DNA of 32,000 nt from Promethearchaeum syntrophicum (GCF_008000775.2 NZ_CP042905.2:30001-62000); one strand, 5' to 3'. Counted from the first letter of the stretch, positions 18,809-28,087 are shown. Numbers and translations: made by a program. Notes: generated from the letters alone by a model not told the origin.

Positions 18809-20128
18809 ATGAAAAAGGTATTACTATTTGGAGCGGGATTAGTAGCAGGTCCAACTGTTCAATATTTATTAGAACATGGATTTGACGTCACTAATGCAAG
18901 CCGAACTATTTCTAAAGCAGAAAAATTAATTGGAAATCACCCAAATGGTCATTCTATTCAATTTGATATTTCAAAAAATCCTGAAAAATTAGATGATCTA
19001 GTAAAAAAATGTGATATTGCAATTAGTCTTCTGCCTTATACTTTCCATGTTCAAATTGCGAAGAGTTGTATAAAAAATCGAAAACATATGGCTACAACAT
19101 CCTATGTTAGTGATGAGATGAAACTACTGGATGAAGAAGCTAAAAAAGCGGGAATTATCCTTTTAAACGAAATGGGTGTTGATCCCGGAATTGACCATAT
19201 GGCAGCTCAAGAAATAATTGATAAAGTGCATGAAAAGGGCGGAAAAATTGAAAGTTTTCGTTCTTTATGCGGAGGATTACCGGCTCCCGAAGCAAACACT
19301 AATCCTTTTGGATATAAATTATCATGGTCACCCCGTGGTGTTTTATTGGCAGGAAGAAATACAGCCGAATATCTTGAAGATGGAAAAAAAGTTGTTATTC
19401 CAGGTAAAGATTTATTTGACAATTATTTTCCATATATTGTAAATGGATTGGGAGATTTTGAAGCATATCCGAATCGGAATTCTAATCCTTATATTGAAAC
19501 ATATGGAATTCAGGAAACTAATTTCATATTACGAGGAACCTTGAGAAATATTGGATGGTGTTCAACATTAAAGAAAATTGCCGATATGGGTTTGATGGAT
19601 TTAGAAGAGCGCGAAATTGAAGAAGATACGAATTATTCAAATTACATGAAGAAATTCCTAAATTTACCGAATAAGCCAATACGGGAAGCAATTGCTGAAA
19701 AATTCAATATTACTGATAAAAAAATTATTGATCGCTTGGAATGGCTTGGGTTATTAGGAGATGAGAAAATCCCCTTTAAAAAAGGAAGTCCCCTTGACGC
19801 TTTGGACTACCTTTTCAATAAAAAATTACAATATGCACCCGGAGAACGAGATATGCTAATTTTGATCCATGAATTTATCGCAAGTTATTCTGATCATAAG
19901 GAAAAAATAACTGCAACTATGATTGATTATGGTATTCCTAATGGGGCTAGTTCAATGTCTCGTACGGTTGGACTTCCAATAGCTATTGGTGTTCGTATGA
20001 TTCTTGAAGGAGCGATAACTGAAACAGGTGTGCATATTCCAATAAAGAAGGGGATTTATACCCCAGTGTTAAAAGAATTAGCTGAAATGAATATTAAATT
20101 TGTGGAAACAATCGAAAAAATCGAATAA
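18809..20128 (+). CDS. Saccharopine dehydrogenase (glutamate-forming/Lys9-like; AASS C-terminal domain-like)
   Basis: KKVLLFGAGLVAGPTVQYLLEHGFDVTNASRT Rossmann motif; ISLLPYTFHVQIAKSCIKNRKHMATTSYVSDEM; LLNEMGVDPGIDHMAAQEIIDKVHEKGGKIESFRSLCGGLPAPEANTNPFGYKLSWSPRGVLLAGRNTA. Confidence 0.92.
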   Translation: MKKVLLFGAGLVAGPTVQYLLEHGFDVTNASRTISKAEKLIGNHPNGHSIQFDISKNPEKLDDLVKKCDIAISLLPYTFHVQIAKSCIKNRKHMATTSYVSDEMKLLDEEAKKAGIILLNEMGVDPGIDHMAAQEIIDKVHEKGGKIESFRSLCGGLPAPEANTNPFGYKLSWSPRGVLLAGRNTAEYLEDGKKVVIPGKDLFDNYFPYIVNGLGDFEAYPNRNSNPYIETYGIQETNFILRGTLRNIGWCSTLKKIADMGLMDLEEREIEEDTNYSNYMKKFLNLPNKPIREAIAEKFNITDKKIIDRLEWLGLLGDEKIPFKKGSPLDALDYLFNKKLQYAPGERDMLILIHEFIASYSDHKEKITATMIDYGIPNGASSMSRTVGLPIAIGVRMILEGAITETGVHIPIKKGIYTPVLKELAEMNIKFVETIEKIE

Positions 20129-20240
20129 TTTTTTTTTTAGTTATCGTGTCCAATTCTAACCGATAAATAGAAATGGTGAGATTTTTATATCATTCTCTTC
20201 CATATTTAGGCTTAAATAGGAATGATATTAAGTAATATAT

Positions 20241-20732
20241 ATGGAAAAGTTAAAAATTTTCAATTTTCTGTATGATTTTGAAGAGAATAAGAAAGTGAAC
20301 CTCTCCGAGGCACTCAAATTATTAGAAAAAACTCCTTTTCCAAAAGTTATTAATGAAAAGGAAATTTACGCGATTAACGATGATACATTCATTATGACTA
20401 AAAACTCTGATTCAGAAGACAACGCAGTCGGTTTTATGAAAAAAAATGGAGAAATCATTCAATTCCTTAGACTTTTTGAGGATGAATGGGAAATTGATAT
20501 TCCTATTCAAAATTTACAAACTAAAAGCTGGACCGGAGAAACTTATTTGTTTGATGGGCTTTCAATCTATGATGTGAAAAAAATTGTAAGGGTATTTTTT
20601 AGAGATGCAGATTTAATTAGTTCAATCGTAGAAAATTTTGAAGCAAGAGACAATTATAATGAGGATGATGATAAATTTAAATTAGAAATGGATGTAAAAT
20701 TTAAGAAATGGGTAAATCAAAGATCTAATTAA
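20241..20732 (+). CDS. Hypothetical acidic protein
   Basis: 163-aa ORF with coding-like composition; no family recognised. Confidence 0.6.
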   Translation: MEKLKIFNFLYDFEENKKVNLSEALKLLEKTPFPKVINEKEIYAINDDTFIMTKNSDSEDNAVGFMKKNGEIIQFLRLFEDEWEIDIPIQNLQTKSWTGETYLFDGLSIYDVKKIVRVFFRDADLISSIVENFEARDNYNEDDDKFKLEMDVKFKKWVNQRSN

Positions 20733-20746
20733 GTCTAAATTTCTTC

Positions 20747-20759
20747 TTTTTTTTTTTTA
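20747..20759 (+). terminator. Poly-T tract, possible archaeal intrinsic terminator
   Basis: Uninterrupted T-run just downstream of the stop codon of ORF 20241..20732. Confidence 0.45.
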
Positions 20760-20877
20760 TCTACAGTAAGGAAAATTTTTCCCCTCTTTTTGTTCATTAA
20801 ATCTAATAATTATGCCAAGAACTGGACGTGATTTCATTTATATTATTTTAAATTAAATAAAAATCAAGATTAACTTT

Positions 20878-21480
20878 TTGAAGGTGAACACGATAAGTAT
20901 TGAAAATATATCAGATCCGAATTTTGATCAAGCTAAATATGAAAAAAAATTACAAGACTCACGATCAGCAGTTGTGGGTACATTAACAGGACTTGCAATC
21001 GTAACAATTGTAATGGTTGCTGTTGGGCATGGAGCATGGTGGAGTATCATTCCAATTCTTGCTGTTGGTTATGGATTTATAGATCAAGTAGTCGAGTATC
21101 GATTACGTAAACGATATGCTTCTAAAAAAGAAATTGATGCTATAAAAGCACCAATGGGTGCTTGGTTTGGTTTTATTTTAGTCTCATTTATTATGACTTC
21201 TATTTTTGGAAGTTTCTTTTATTGGATTGCTTTAATTGTAGAGGTTGCAGTATTTTCTGGTGGTGTTTATACAACCATGGATTATGTTAATGCAAAAAAA
21301 CGTAATTTTCAAAAGAGAGGGGAACAAACAGAATCTGCTGATACTGGATCTTATCAAGAACAATTAAGTCCAGAACCTAATATTGTAAAATCTAATGTAC
21401 ATGAACTCTTTTGTGCTACTTGTGGTAATTCAATTTCAAGTAGTTCTGAATATTGTCCATCTTGTGGAGATCACATTTAA
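20878..21480 (+). CDS. Membrane protein with C-terminal zinc ribbon
   Basis: Several hydrophobic segments (AVVGTLTGLAIVTIVMVAVG, WWSIIPILAVGYGFI, WFGFILVSFIMTSIFGSFFYWIALIVEVAVFSG) followed by CATCGNSISSSSEYCPSCGDHI. Confidence 0.75.
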   Translation: MKVNTISIENISDPNFDQAKYEKKLQDSRSAVVGTLTGLAIVTIVMVAVGHGAWWSIIPILAVGYGFIDQVVEYRLRKRYASKKEIDAIKAPMGAWFGFILVSFIMTSIFGSFFYWIALIVEVAVFSGGVYTTMDYVNAKKRNFQKRGEQTESADTGSYQEQLSPEPNIVKSNVHELFCATCGNSISSSSEYCPSCGDHI

Positions 21481-21485
21481 TTAAA

Positions 21486-21500
21486 TTTTTTTTTTTTTTT
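21486..21500 (+). terminator. Poly-T tract, possible archaeal terminator
   Basis: About 15-nt T-run immediately after the stop of ORF 20878..21480. Confidence 0.45.
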
Positions 21501-21526
21501 CGGATTGTTTTGGTTTATTTTTTTAA

Positions 21527-21652
21527 TTAACAGAAGGTAGTTGGTTCTAAATCTTTTAGGCGATAGACGATAACTTCTTTTAGAACAATTTCGTAAATTT
21601 CAATTTGTTTAAGCCTATTGAGTAGATATTCACGTTGTTCATTCTCGTTCAT
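21527..21652 (-). CDS. Candidate small helical protein
   Basis: MNENEQREYLLNRLKQIEIYEIVLKEVIVYRLKDLEPTTFC, from an internal ATG in track ORF 21527..21715, in an otherwise empty intergenic region. Composition looks protein-like but there is no homology evidence. Confidence 0.3.
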   Translation of the reverse strand: MNENEQREYLLNRLKQIEIYEIVLKEVIVYRLKDLEPTTFC

Positions 21653-21822
21653 AATTATTAGATTCAAACAGAGTTCAGAAAGGAGAACACGGACTGCAGA
21701 GGTCTTATCCATCATCTAGGTTGACTGAAAAACGGGGGAAAAACTCCAATTTTCAGATGACAATCAACAATTCGGGCTAAAAAATCTTTTTTATTAGCGA
21801 AGAAGAGCTATTAAAGGTAGCA

Positions 21823-22857
21823 ATGAAAGAAAATATCTTATCGTTCACCCGTGATGAATTAAAATCCAGGTTCAAACAAATCTATAATCTCCCTTCCTAT
21901 CGGACAGAACAAGTATTCGGCTGGTTATACAAAGATATTTCTACTTTCGATGAAATGCTAAATGTTCCGAAAAAATTGCGGGAGAATCTTACTCAAGATT
22001 TTTTTATTGGGCAAATGTCGGTTTTTCAATCTCACCGATCTCATGATGGAACAGAAAAATACTTATTAAAATGTGTTCAAGATGATAATGTTATTGAAGC
22101 AGTCAAAATGGAATATTATCATGGAATTTCAGCCTGTATATCCACCCAAGTTGGGTGTGAAATGGGATGTGTTTTTTGTGCTTCTGGGAGGGATGGATTG
22201 GTGCGAAATCTCTCTGCGGGGGAAATGATAGGTCAAATATTAGCAATTCAAAAGCATGCAAAAATTAGAATTTCCAATATTGTGTTAATGGGAGCTGGGG
22301 AACCTCTCCAAAATTTTGAAGAAGTGATGAAATTTTTAGAGCTGGTACATGACCCTCAAGGATTGAATGTGGGGTATCGACACATTACCATTTCTACTTG
22401 TGGTTTAGTACCTGAAATCTATAAACTCGCGGAATTAAACCTCCCCATTACTTTAGCAATTTCATTGCATTCTCCTTCAGATACGGAACGTTCTCGTATC
22501 ATGCCGATAAATAAAAAATATCCTCTCAAGGATTTGATTTATGCCTGTTTGGCTTACATCAAGAAAACAAAGCGAAGAATTACTTTTGAATATGCGTTGA
22601 TCAAAGGAAAGAATGATTCTATTGCGGATGCAGAAGCGCTAATTAAATTAATAAAACCTGTTTTTGCCCATGTAAATTTAATCCCTATCAACACTACGGA
22701 TACTAAACTTCGGGCTCCGGATTTACAATGGGTTGAAAAATTCAATGAGTATTTAAATTCTCATGGGCAAAATGCGACCATTCGAAGAAATTTGGGTTCA
22801 GATATTAATGCTGCGTGCGGACAGCTTCGATGGCAATATTTGAAGAAGTCTGAATGA
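21823..22857 (+). CDS. rlmN: RlmN-family radical SAM RNA methyltransferase
   Basis: ISTQVGCEMGCVFCASGRDGLVRNLSAGEMIGQIL (CxxxCxxC), IVLMGAGEPLQNFEEVMKFL, ITISTCGLVPEIYKLAE, ITLAISLHSPSDTERSRIMPINKKYPL. Confidence 0.93.
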   Translation: MKENILSFTRDELKSRFKQIYNLPSYRTEQVFGWLYKDISTFDEMLNVPKKLRENLTQDFFIGQMSVFQSHRSHDGTEKYLLKCVQDDNVIEAVKMEYYHGISACISTQVGCEMGCVFCASGRDGLVRNLSAGEMIGQILAIQKHAKIRISNIVLMGAGEPLQNFEEVMKFLELVHDPQGLNVGYRHITISTCGLVPEIYKLAELNLPITLAISLHSPSDTERSRIMPINKKYPLKDLIYACLAYIKKTKRRITFEYALIKGKNDSIADAEALIKLIKPVFAHVNLIPINTTDTKLRAPDLQWVEKFNEYLNSHGQNATIRRNLGSDINAACGQLRWQYLKKSE

Positions 22858-22997
22858 TAAAAAAAACCCTCGATCTTTTTTTACATTTCTAGAATATTAT
22901 ATCTTACTTATTCCGTTACCCCTTTCGTTGTTTAAAATTCCTTCTAATATAAGCACCTTTTTTTTCTCTCTTTTCTTCTTCCATAGTGTGAATTAAA

Positions 22998-23663
22998 TTG
23001 AAATACGATTCAATTTTTGATGTTGTCGGACGCATTATGGTTGGACCCAGTTCATCTCATACTGCAGGAGCTTGTAGAATTGGATATTTAGCGAACATTC
23101 TATTAGGTCAAATTCCAGATAAAGCTAAAATTTCATTACATGGGTCATTTGCTGAAACATACAGAGGGCATAAAACAGATATCGCCTTAATAGGAGGGTT
23201 ACTTGGTTTTCCACCTGAAGATGCTAGGATTCCAGATAGTTTTAAAATTGCGGATAAAAAAGGGATGAAATATAGCTTTACTGAGATAGATCTTGGATCA
23301 GATTATCACCCAAATAGTGTATTACTGGAGTTAGAAGGAAAAAACGAAAAATTATCTATCATTGGATGTTCCATAGGGGGAGGAAACATCGTAATTAAAG
23401 AAATAAATGGGTTAGAAGCGGGTTTTGATGGAGATTCCCCAACTATCATTGAAATTCACAAAGACATTCGTGGTATAGTCGCAAACATTACTAGTGCAAT
23501 TGCAATGCACGGGTTACAAATTCTGGAAATGCATCTTAGTAGAAATATAAGGAAAGGAATTGCCTTAAGTTGGATTGAATGTTCTGCTCCAATTTCTAAT
23601 GAATTAATCGAATCCTTACAAAATATACCAGAAATGATAAATGTGAGGTGTTTAAATGTATAA
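22998..23663 (+). CDS. sdaAB: L-serine dehydratase, iron-sulfur-dependent, beta subunit (with ACT-like C-terminus)
   Basis: YDSIFDVVGRIMVGPSSSHTAGACRIGYLAN...LHGSFAETYRGHKTDIALIGGLLGF...IGCSIGGGNIVI. Confidence 0.93.
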   Translation: MKYDSIFDVVGRIMVGPSSSHTAGACRIGYLANILLGQIPDKAKISLHGSFAETYRGHKTDIALIGGLLGFPPEDARIPDSFKIADKKGMKYSFTEIDLGSDYHPNSVLLELEGKNEKLSIIGCSIGGGNIVIKEINGLEAGFDGDSPTIIEIHKDIRGIVANITSAIAMHGLQILEMHLSRNIRKGIALSWIECSAPISNELIESLQNIPEMINVRCLNV

Positions 23664-24519
23664 AAATTTAAAAGAATTCACAAGCGACGCTCAAGAGAAA
23701 AAATTAGTCCTTCATGAGGCAGTAATAAAAGAAGAGTGTCTTAGTACTGATAAAACACGAGAATATGTTTTAAACCGCGCGAAAAAATCCTTGGATGCGA
23801 TGTTAAATTCTTTGGAAAAAGGAAATACCCTTGACATCAATTTACCGATTAAAGAAGTTATTGAACAATCCCAACTTATGATGAAAACTCCAACTTTCTT
23901 AAGTAAAGATTTGAAAGAGGCAGTTTATTGGGCCATGTCAATTGTTGAATATAGTAATGGAATGGGTATTATCTGTGCCGCGCCTACTGCAGGATCATCT
24001 GGTGTATTTCCAGCAGTTCTATTTAAAGCTCAACAGATGTTGGGTAAAACAGAAGAAGATGTATTGAATGCATTTCTTGTTGGCTCAATGATAGGAGCTA
24101 TTATTGGAAATAATGCTACCCTATCCGGTAGTGAAGGAGGATGTCAAGCAGAAGTTGGTGTCGCATCAGCCATGGCTGCTTCTGCAATCACTTATTTAGC
24201 AGGAGGAACCCCCTCTCAAGTTGAACATTCTGTTGCTCTTTCTTTGAAGAATTTATTAGGTTTAATCTGTGATCCCGTAGCGGGATTAGTAATTTCTCCT
24301 TGCATAAAACGAAATGCGATCGGAGTAATGAATGCTTTCCTGGCTGCTGAAATGGCATTGTCAGGAGTAACTTCCATCATCCCAGCAGACGAAGTGATTG
24401 AAGCAATGATGAAAGTTGGTTTATCACTTCCACGTAATTTAAAAGAAACAGGCACTGGAGGAATAGCAGACACTCCAACAGGCCGCAGAATAAAAGAGGA
24501 AATTTTTGGCAAGGAATAA
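23656..24519 (+). CDS. sdaAA: L-serine dehydratase, iron-sulfur-dependent, alpha subunit
   Basis: GMGIICAAPTAGSSGVFPAVLFKAQQ..., NATLSGSEGGCQAEVGVASAMAASAITYLAGGTPSQVEHSVALSLKNLLGLICDPVAGLV; overlaps the beta-subunit stop by a few nt. Confidence 0.95.
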   Translation: MYKNLKEFTSDAQEKKLVLHEAVIKEECLSTDKTREYVLNRAKKSLDAMLNSLEKGNTLDINLPIKEVIEQSQLMMKTPTFLSKDLKEAVYWAMSIVEYSNGMGIICAAPTAGSSGVFPAVLFKAQQMLGKTEEDVLNAFLVGSMIGAIIGNNATLSGSEGGCQAEVGVASAMAASAITYLAGGTPSQVEHSVALSLKNLLGLICDPVAGLVISPCIKRNAIGVMNAFLAAEMALSGVTSIIPADEVIEAMMKVGLSLPRNLKETGTGGIADTPTGRRIKEEIFGKE

Positions 24520-24534
24520 TTTTTTAACGTATTT

Positions 24535-25371
24535 TTACTTTTTCAAAGGAATATTTAAGATCTCTCGTGCTTCATTGGGGGTTGCGATAGGTCTTCCTAA
24601 GTCCTTGGCAATTCTTACTGCTTTTTGCACTAATTCACCATTTGATTTCGCTAAAACTCCTTTTTCTAGATATAAATTATCTTCAAACCCTACTCGAACA
24701 TGTCCCCCCATAATAATCGATACCGCAGCCATGCTCATTTGATGACGCCCCATTCCACTCACAGTAAACGTACTTCCTTGGGGTAAACTCTCCACCATGA
24801 AAGTTAAATCTCTGGGACTGGCACTAATACCTCCATTAACACCCATTACAATGTTGAAATGCATCGGAGATAAAATATTGCCTTTTTTATTCTGACGAAT
24901 AGCCGTATCGATCATCCCTTTATCAAAAACTTCACATTCCGGTTTGATTCCTAGTTCTTTCATCTTCTGGGCAAATTCGATAATGGTATTTTCCGTGTTC
25001 ACAAACACTTCATCGCCACCAAAATTACACGTGCCACAATCTAATGTCGCCATCTCAGGAATTAATTCTATCGGCTGCAATCTTTCTTCATTACTCATCC
25101 CAACCGCTCCACCTGTAGAAGGTTGAATTATTACATCGGGGCATCGATTCTTTATTGCTTCAATACATTCCTTAAAGCGATCTATACTTTGAGTTGGAGT
25201 CCCATCATCTTCACGAACATGAAGGTGGATAACACTTGCTCCCGCTTTATAGGCACTTTCAGCTTCCCGTGCGATCTCCTCTATTGTATATGGAACATTA
25301 GGATTTTGGTTTTTGGTAACTTCTGCTCCACTAATTGCAGCGGTGATAATTAGTTTCTCCATTTGAATCAT
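24535..25371 (-). CDS. kce: 3-keto-5-aminohexanoate cleavage enzyme (BKACE family)
   Basis: [63 protein letters not shown]...[20 protein letters not shown]...[11 protein letters not shown]; next to kal. Confidence 0.93.
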   Translation of the reverse strand: MIQMEKLIITAAISGAEVTKNQNPNVPYTIEEIAREAESAYKAGASVIHLHVREDDGTPTQSIDRFKECIEAIKNRCPDVIIQPSTGGAVGMSNEERLQPIELIPEMATLDCGTCNFGGDEVFVNTENTIIEFAQKMKELGIKPECEVFDKGMIDTAIRQNKKGNILSPMHFNIVMGVNGGISASPRDLTFMVESLPQGSTFTVSGMGRHQMSMAAVSIIMGGHVRVGFEDNLYLEKGVLAKSNGELVQKAVRIAKDLGRPIATPNEAREILNIPLKK

Positions 25372-25751
25372 TTTTTTCGCTGTTTTTCTTTAGGAACAAC
25401 ACAGGTGCCTGTGGCTTTACAAACAATTATTGGAGTTTCTAAGAAATCACATGCAGAATCATTAATTTCTGGCCTGGGAACAATAACTTTTCTCGCCTCA
25501 AACACAATTTCCCTTGATGAATTTCCAACTTTGACTATTTCTCCCTCAGCTTCGATGTAATCCCCTGCATATACCGGGGCTAAAAACTCAACATTACTAT
25601 AAGCGCGAAATAATCCTTCATCTCCATCGTGTTTGATGAGCAATTCGGTTGCAACATCCCCAAACAATTCCAACATCTTCGCACCATCAACAAGATTCCC
25701 CCCATAATGGGCGTCATGCATACTCATCCTTATTCTGATTAATGATTTCAT
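25368..25751 (-). CDS. kal: 3-aminobutyryl-CoA ammonia-lyase (hotdog fold)
   Basis: [72 protein letters not shown]; start codon at 25751. The upstream 41 residues of the track ORF look non-coding. Confidence 0.9.
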   Translation of the reverse strand: MKSLIRIRMSMHDAHYGGNLVDGAKMLELFGDVATELLIKHDGDEGLFRAYSNVEFLAPVYAGDYIEAEGEIVKVGNSSREIVFEARKVIVPRPEINDSACDFLETPIIVCKATGTCVVPKEKQRKK

Positions 25752-25802
25752 GATTTTCGACTCAAATAATAATATTGTCTGTAAATAAAAAATTTTACTG
25801 AA
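25744..25802. repeat. 59-bp repeat, copy A (kal start codon and leader)
   Basis: gatttcatgattttcgactcaaataataatattgtctgtaaataaaaaattttactgaa; matches 27317..27375 with 3 mismatches and no gaps. Confidence 0.92.
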
Positions 25803-25888
25803 CAAGATAATGAATATAAATATACATAATTTAAAATAGCAGAAATGGTAAAAAAAAATGAAAAATTGACCCAATTATTAAAAAAAAA

Positions 25889-25914
25889 GAAACGCGGTGG
25901 GAGGAACGCGAACC
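25889..25914 (-). repeat. tRNA-Ser 3'-end remnant (T-arm/acceptor portion)
   Basis: gaaacgcggtgggaggaacgcgaacc resembles the 3' part of the tRNA at 28088..28170 (aaaacgcggtgggagggacttgaacc), with similar A-rich flank (25841-25888 versus 28037-28083). Confidence 0.7.
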
Positions 25915-26081
25915 TTTTGGGCGGACAAAATTGGATAAACGGTTTTGGGGAATTTGAAACTTTTGGGTGGACATAGAAACTTTCCAAATTTTAATTCCTA
26001 CTGAGGTGATACATAGTTTTAATTGGGATGAAATTGATTTGAAAAAAAAAAAAATTTTTATTTCATAGCACTCAATAATTT

Positions 26082-27173
26082 CTACTTCTTAATATATTTT
26101 TTTTTAAGGATTAAATATCCAATACTAAAACTCGCACAAATAGTTCCAAATGAAGACATTAAAATAATAAACCATGTTGATTGCAAGATACCACGATTAT
26201 TAACATCTTCTATTCCAACAATTATATCAACCCCAACATAAGTTGAATCAAATTTTACACCAAAGGAATGTGTTAGACGATCATATTCATAAGAACATAA
26301 AGAAGGATCTAAATCAAATCGATATTCTCCGTAATAAGTAAATGATTCATTACTATATAAAAAACCTGAATAAAAAAGATCAGAGAATCCAGAATTATTT
26401 AGTGAAGGATATGATTGTCCAGTTCCTCCCAACATGATATCAGATTCTATTATTGGGATTGTAATCTCATTGTCACTGATATTGGCTAATGAAGTTTGAT
26501 AAAATCCATATACTATAAAAGCTGAAATATTTGGCCAAAAAAGCATTGTCTGAATTTTCTGCTCAACTGTATCTGTAATAATGGTCAGGTTAAATTGAAT
26601 CCTATTCGGATTTTCTGTAATATAATCAAAATCATCTTCATTATCTGAAGGAGAAATTATATTTATATCTTGTGAGAAGCGAAACATTATATCATTTTGA
26701 ATTTTTAATCTAGTGAGAGGAATCGAATTATTCACTATCCAATTCTCTTCTATTTGGAAAAACTCCCCTGTTTTATTTACTGGGATATCATAACCAAAGA
26801 TTTTTACATTAAAATCGTGATTATTTCCCCAAAAGATAGAAAAATCCATTGAAAAATCATGCTCAATATAAAAATCAACTGAGATATTAAATTTAAATGT
26901 AATATTGTAAATATTTTTTTCAATAGTATCAAGAATTTTAGTATGAGTTACTAAAATAGAGCGATCTACATCAAAACCTTCAAGGATAATATTGATTCCA
27001 TCTATTCCGAGTTTATTTTCGAATATTATCTCTGAATTATCAACATTCGAATTCGATTGTGTTATTTCTTGTCTATAGGCTGTAATAAAGACATTATTGC
27101 AAGCAATAAATAATATTCCTAAATTAATTAAAATAATTATAGAAATACTTATGATTTTAGTTGTTTTTTTCAT
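26082..27173 (-). CDS. Exported/membrane-anchored protein of unknown function
   Basis: 363 aa: N-terminal signal anchor MKKTTKIISISIIILINLGILFIACNNVF, long extracytoplasmic-looking region, C-terminal TM STWFIILMSSFGTICASFSIGYLILKKKYIKK. Confidence 0.8.
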   Translation of the reverse strand: MKKTTKIISISIIILINLGILFIACNNVFITAYRQEITQSNSNVDNSEIIFENKLGIDGINIILEGFDVDRSILVTHTKILDTIEKNIYNITFKFNISVDFYIEHDFSMDFSIFWGNNHDFNVKIFGYDIPVNKTGEFFQIEENWIVNNSIPLTRLKIQNDIMFRFSQDINIISPSDNEDDFDYITENPNRIQFNLTIITDTVEQKIQTMLFWPNISAFIVYGFYQTSLANISDNEITIPIIESDIMLGGTGQSYPSLNNSGFSDLFYSGFLYSNESFTYYGEYRFDLDPSLCSYEYDRLTHSFGVKFDSTYVGVDIIVGIEDVNNRGILQSTWFIILMSSFGTICASFSIGYLILKKKYIKK

Positions 27174-27316
27174 TTTGTATCTTCAATATTATAATAGAGA
27201 ATTTCTTTAAAATAAATTTCTTAAATATCTTAATTAACAAATATTATGAGAAAATGGAATAAGATTATCAATTTATATAAGTAAATTTTAAAATAGCGTA
27301 AATTGTAAAAAACACG

Positions 27317-27375
27317 ATTTCATGTTTTTTGACTCAAATAATAATATGGTCTGTAAATAAAAAATTTTACTGAAT
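27317..27375. repeat. 59-bp repeat, copy B (upstream of ORF 26082..27173)
   Basis: gatttcatgttttttgactcaaataataatatggtctgtaaataaaaaattttactgaa; 56/59 identical to 25744..25802. Confidence 0.92.
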
Positions 27376-27495
27376 TGATGGTTGAAAAATATCTGAAGTT
27401 TATCACCTTCAAAGACTTCTAAAAAAATCAATTAAAAATATGGTTCTCTATGGGAATCGACTTCAAATCCTACCGAATCGAAAAAAATTTTGCAC

Positions 27496-27954
27496 TTACA
27501 ATTTTATGCGCATAACTTGTTCATTTTCTTCCATTTCATCTATATCTTCAAATCCATATAGGTGATAAAATTTTTCTGGACCATGCTCTCCAGGATGATA
27601 ACTTCCATAAAGAAAATCAGCATTCGGACGAGTTCTCACATATTCACGAAGTAAATCTAATGCCATTTTTCCATATCCTTGTCTTTGGTGATTCTGATCC
27701 ACCATTAAACGCCAGAGATAATATCGAGTGGACCCTTCAACCGTTCCTGGATGTGCCAACATTATAAAACCTACAGGCGTTTCATCAGCATAGATTGCCT
27801 TGAAATAGACATTATTGTTATAATGTGCTTCAGCAATTGATTTTGCATTTGAAGCAACGAATGTCCGTTGCTCTGGTTTGACCATTAATCCAATTACAGT
27901 GTAAAAATTCTCACGGGTAATTGACCTTAGAGATACTTTTGGAGGAGAATTCAT
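27496..27954 (-). CDS. GNAT-family N-acetyltransferase (possibly polyamine-type)
   Basis: YYLWRLMVDQNHQRQGYGKMALDLLREYVRT...LYGSYHPGEHGPEKFYHLYGFEDI, acetyl-CoA-binding Q-x-x-G-x-G/A core. Confidence 0.88.
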   Translation of the reverse strand: MNSPPKVSLRSITRENFYTVIGLMVKPEQRTFVASNAKSIAEAHYNNNVYFKAIYADETPVGFIMLAHPGTVEGSTRYYLWRLMVDQNHQRQGYGKMALDLLREYVRTRPNADFLYGSYHPGEHGPEKFYHLYGFEDIDEMEENEQVMRIKL

Positions 27955-28087
27955 TACTTTTATTAGAATAATTTGAGTTATAAAGATTTAGATTTATAAT
28001 TGATTTAAACATACTTAATAAATACATAAGATGGAAGAAAAGGTAAAAAACACGAATTTTTACACCGATTTTTAAAAAAGAGAAAAA

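Noticed and set aside
24216-24742. ORFs 24216..24512 (-) and 24506..24742 (+)
   Set aside because: Antisense to sdaAA and kce respectively; the sense proteins are well-supported enzymes.
25752-25874. N-terminal 41-residue extension of the kal ORF ([17 protein letters not shown]...)
   Set aside because: AT-rich, unlike the protein family; the conserved hotdog domain begins at [18 protein letters not shown]. The upstream DNA is duplicated leader and repeat sequence.
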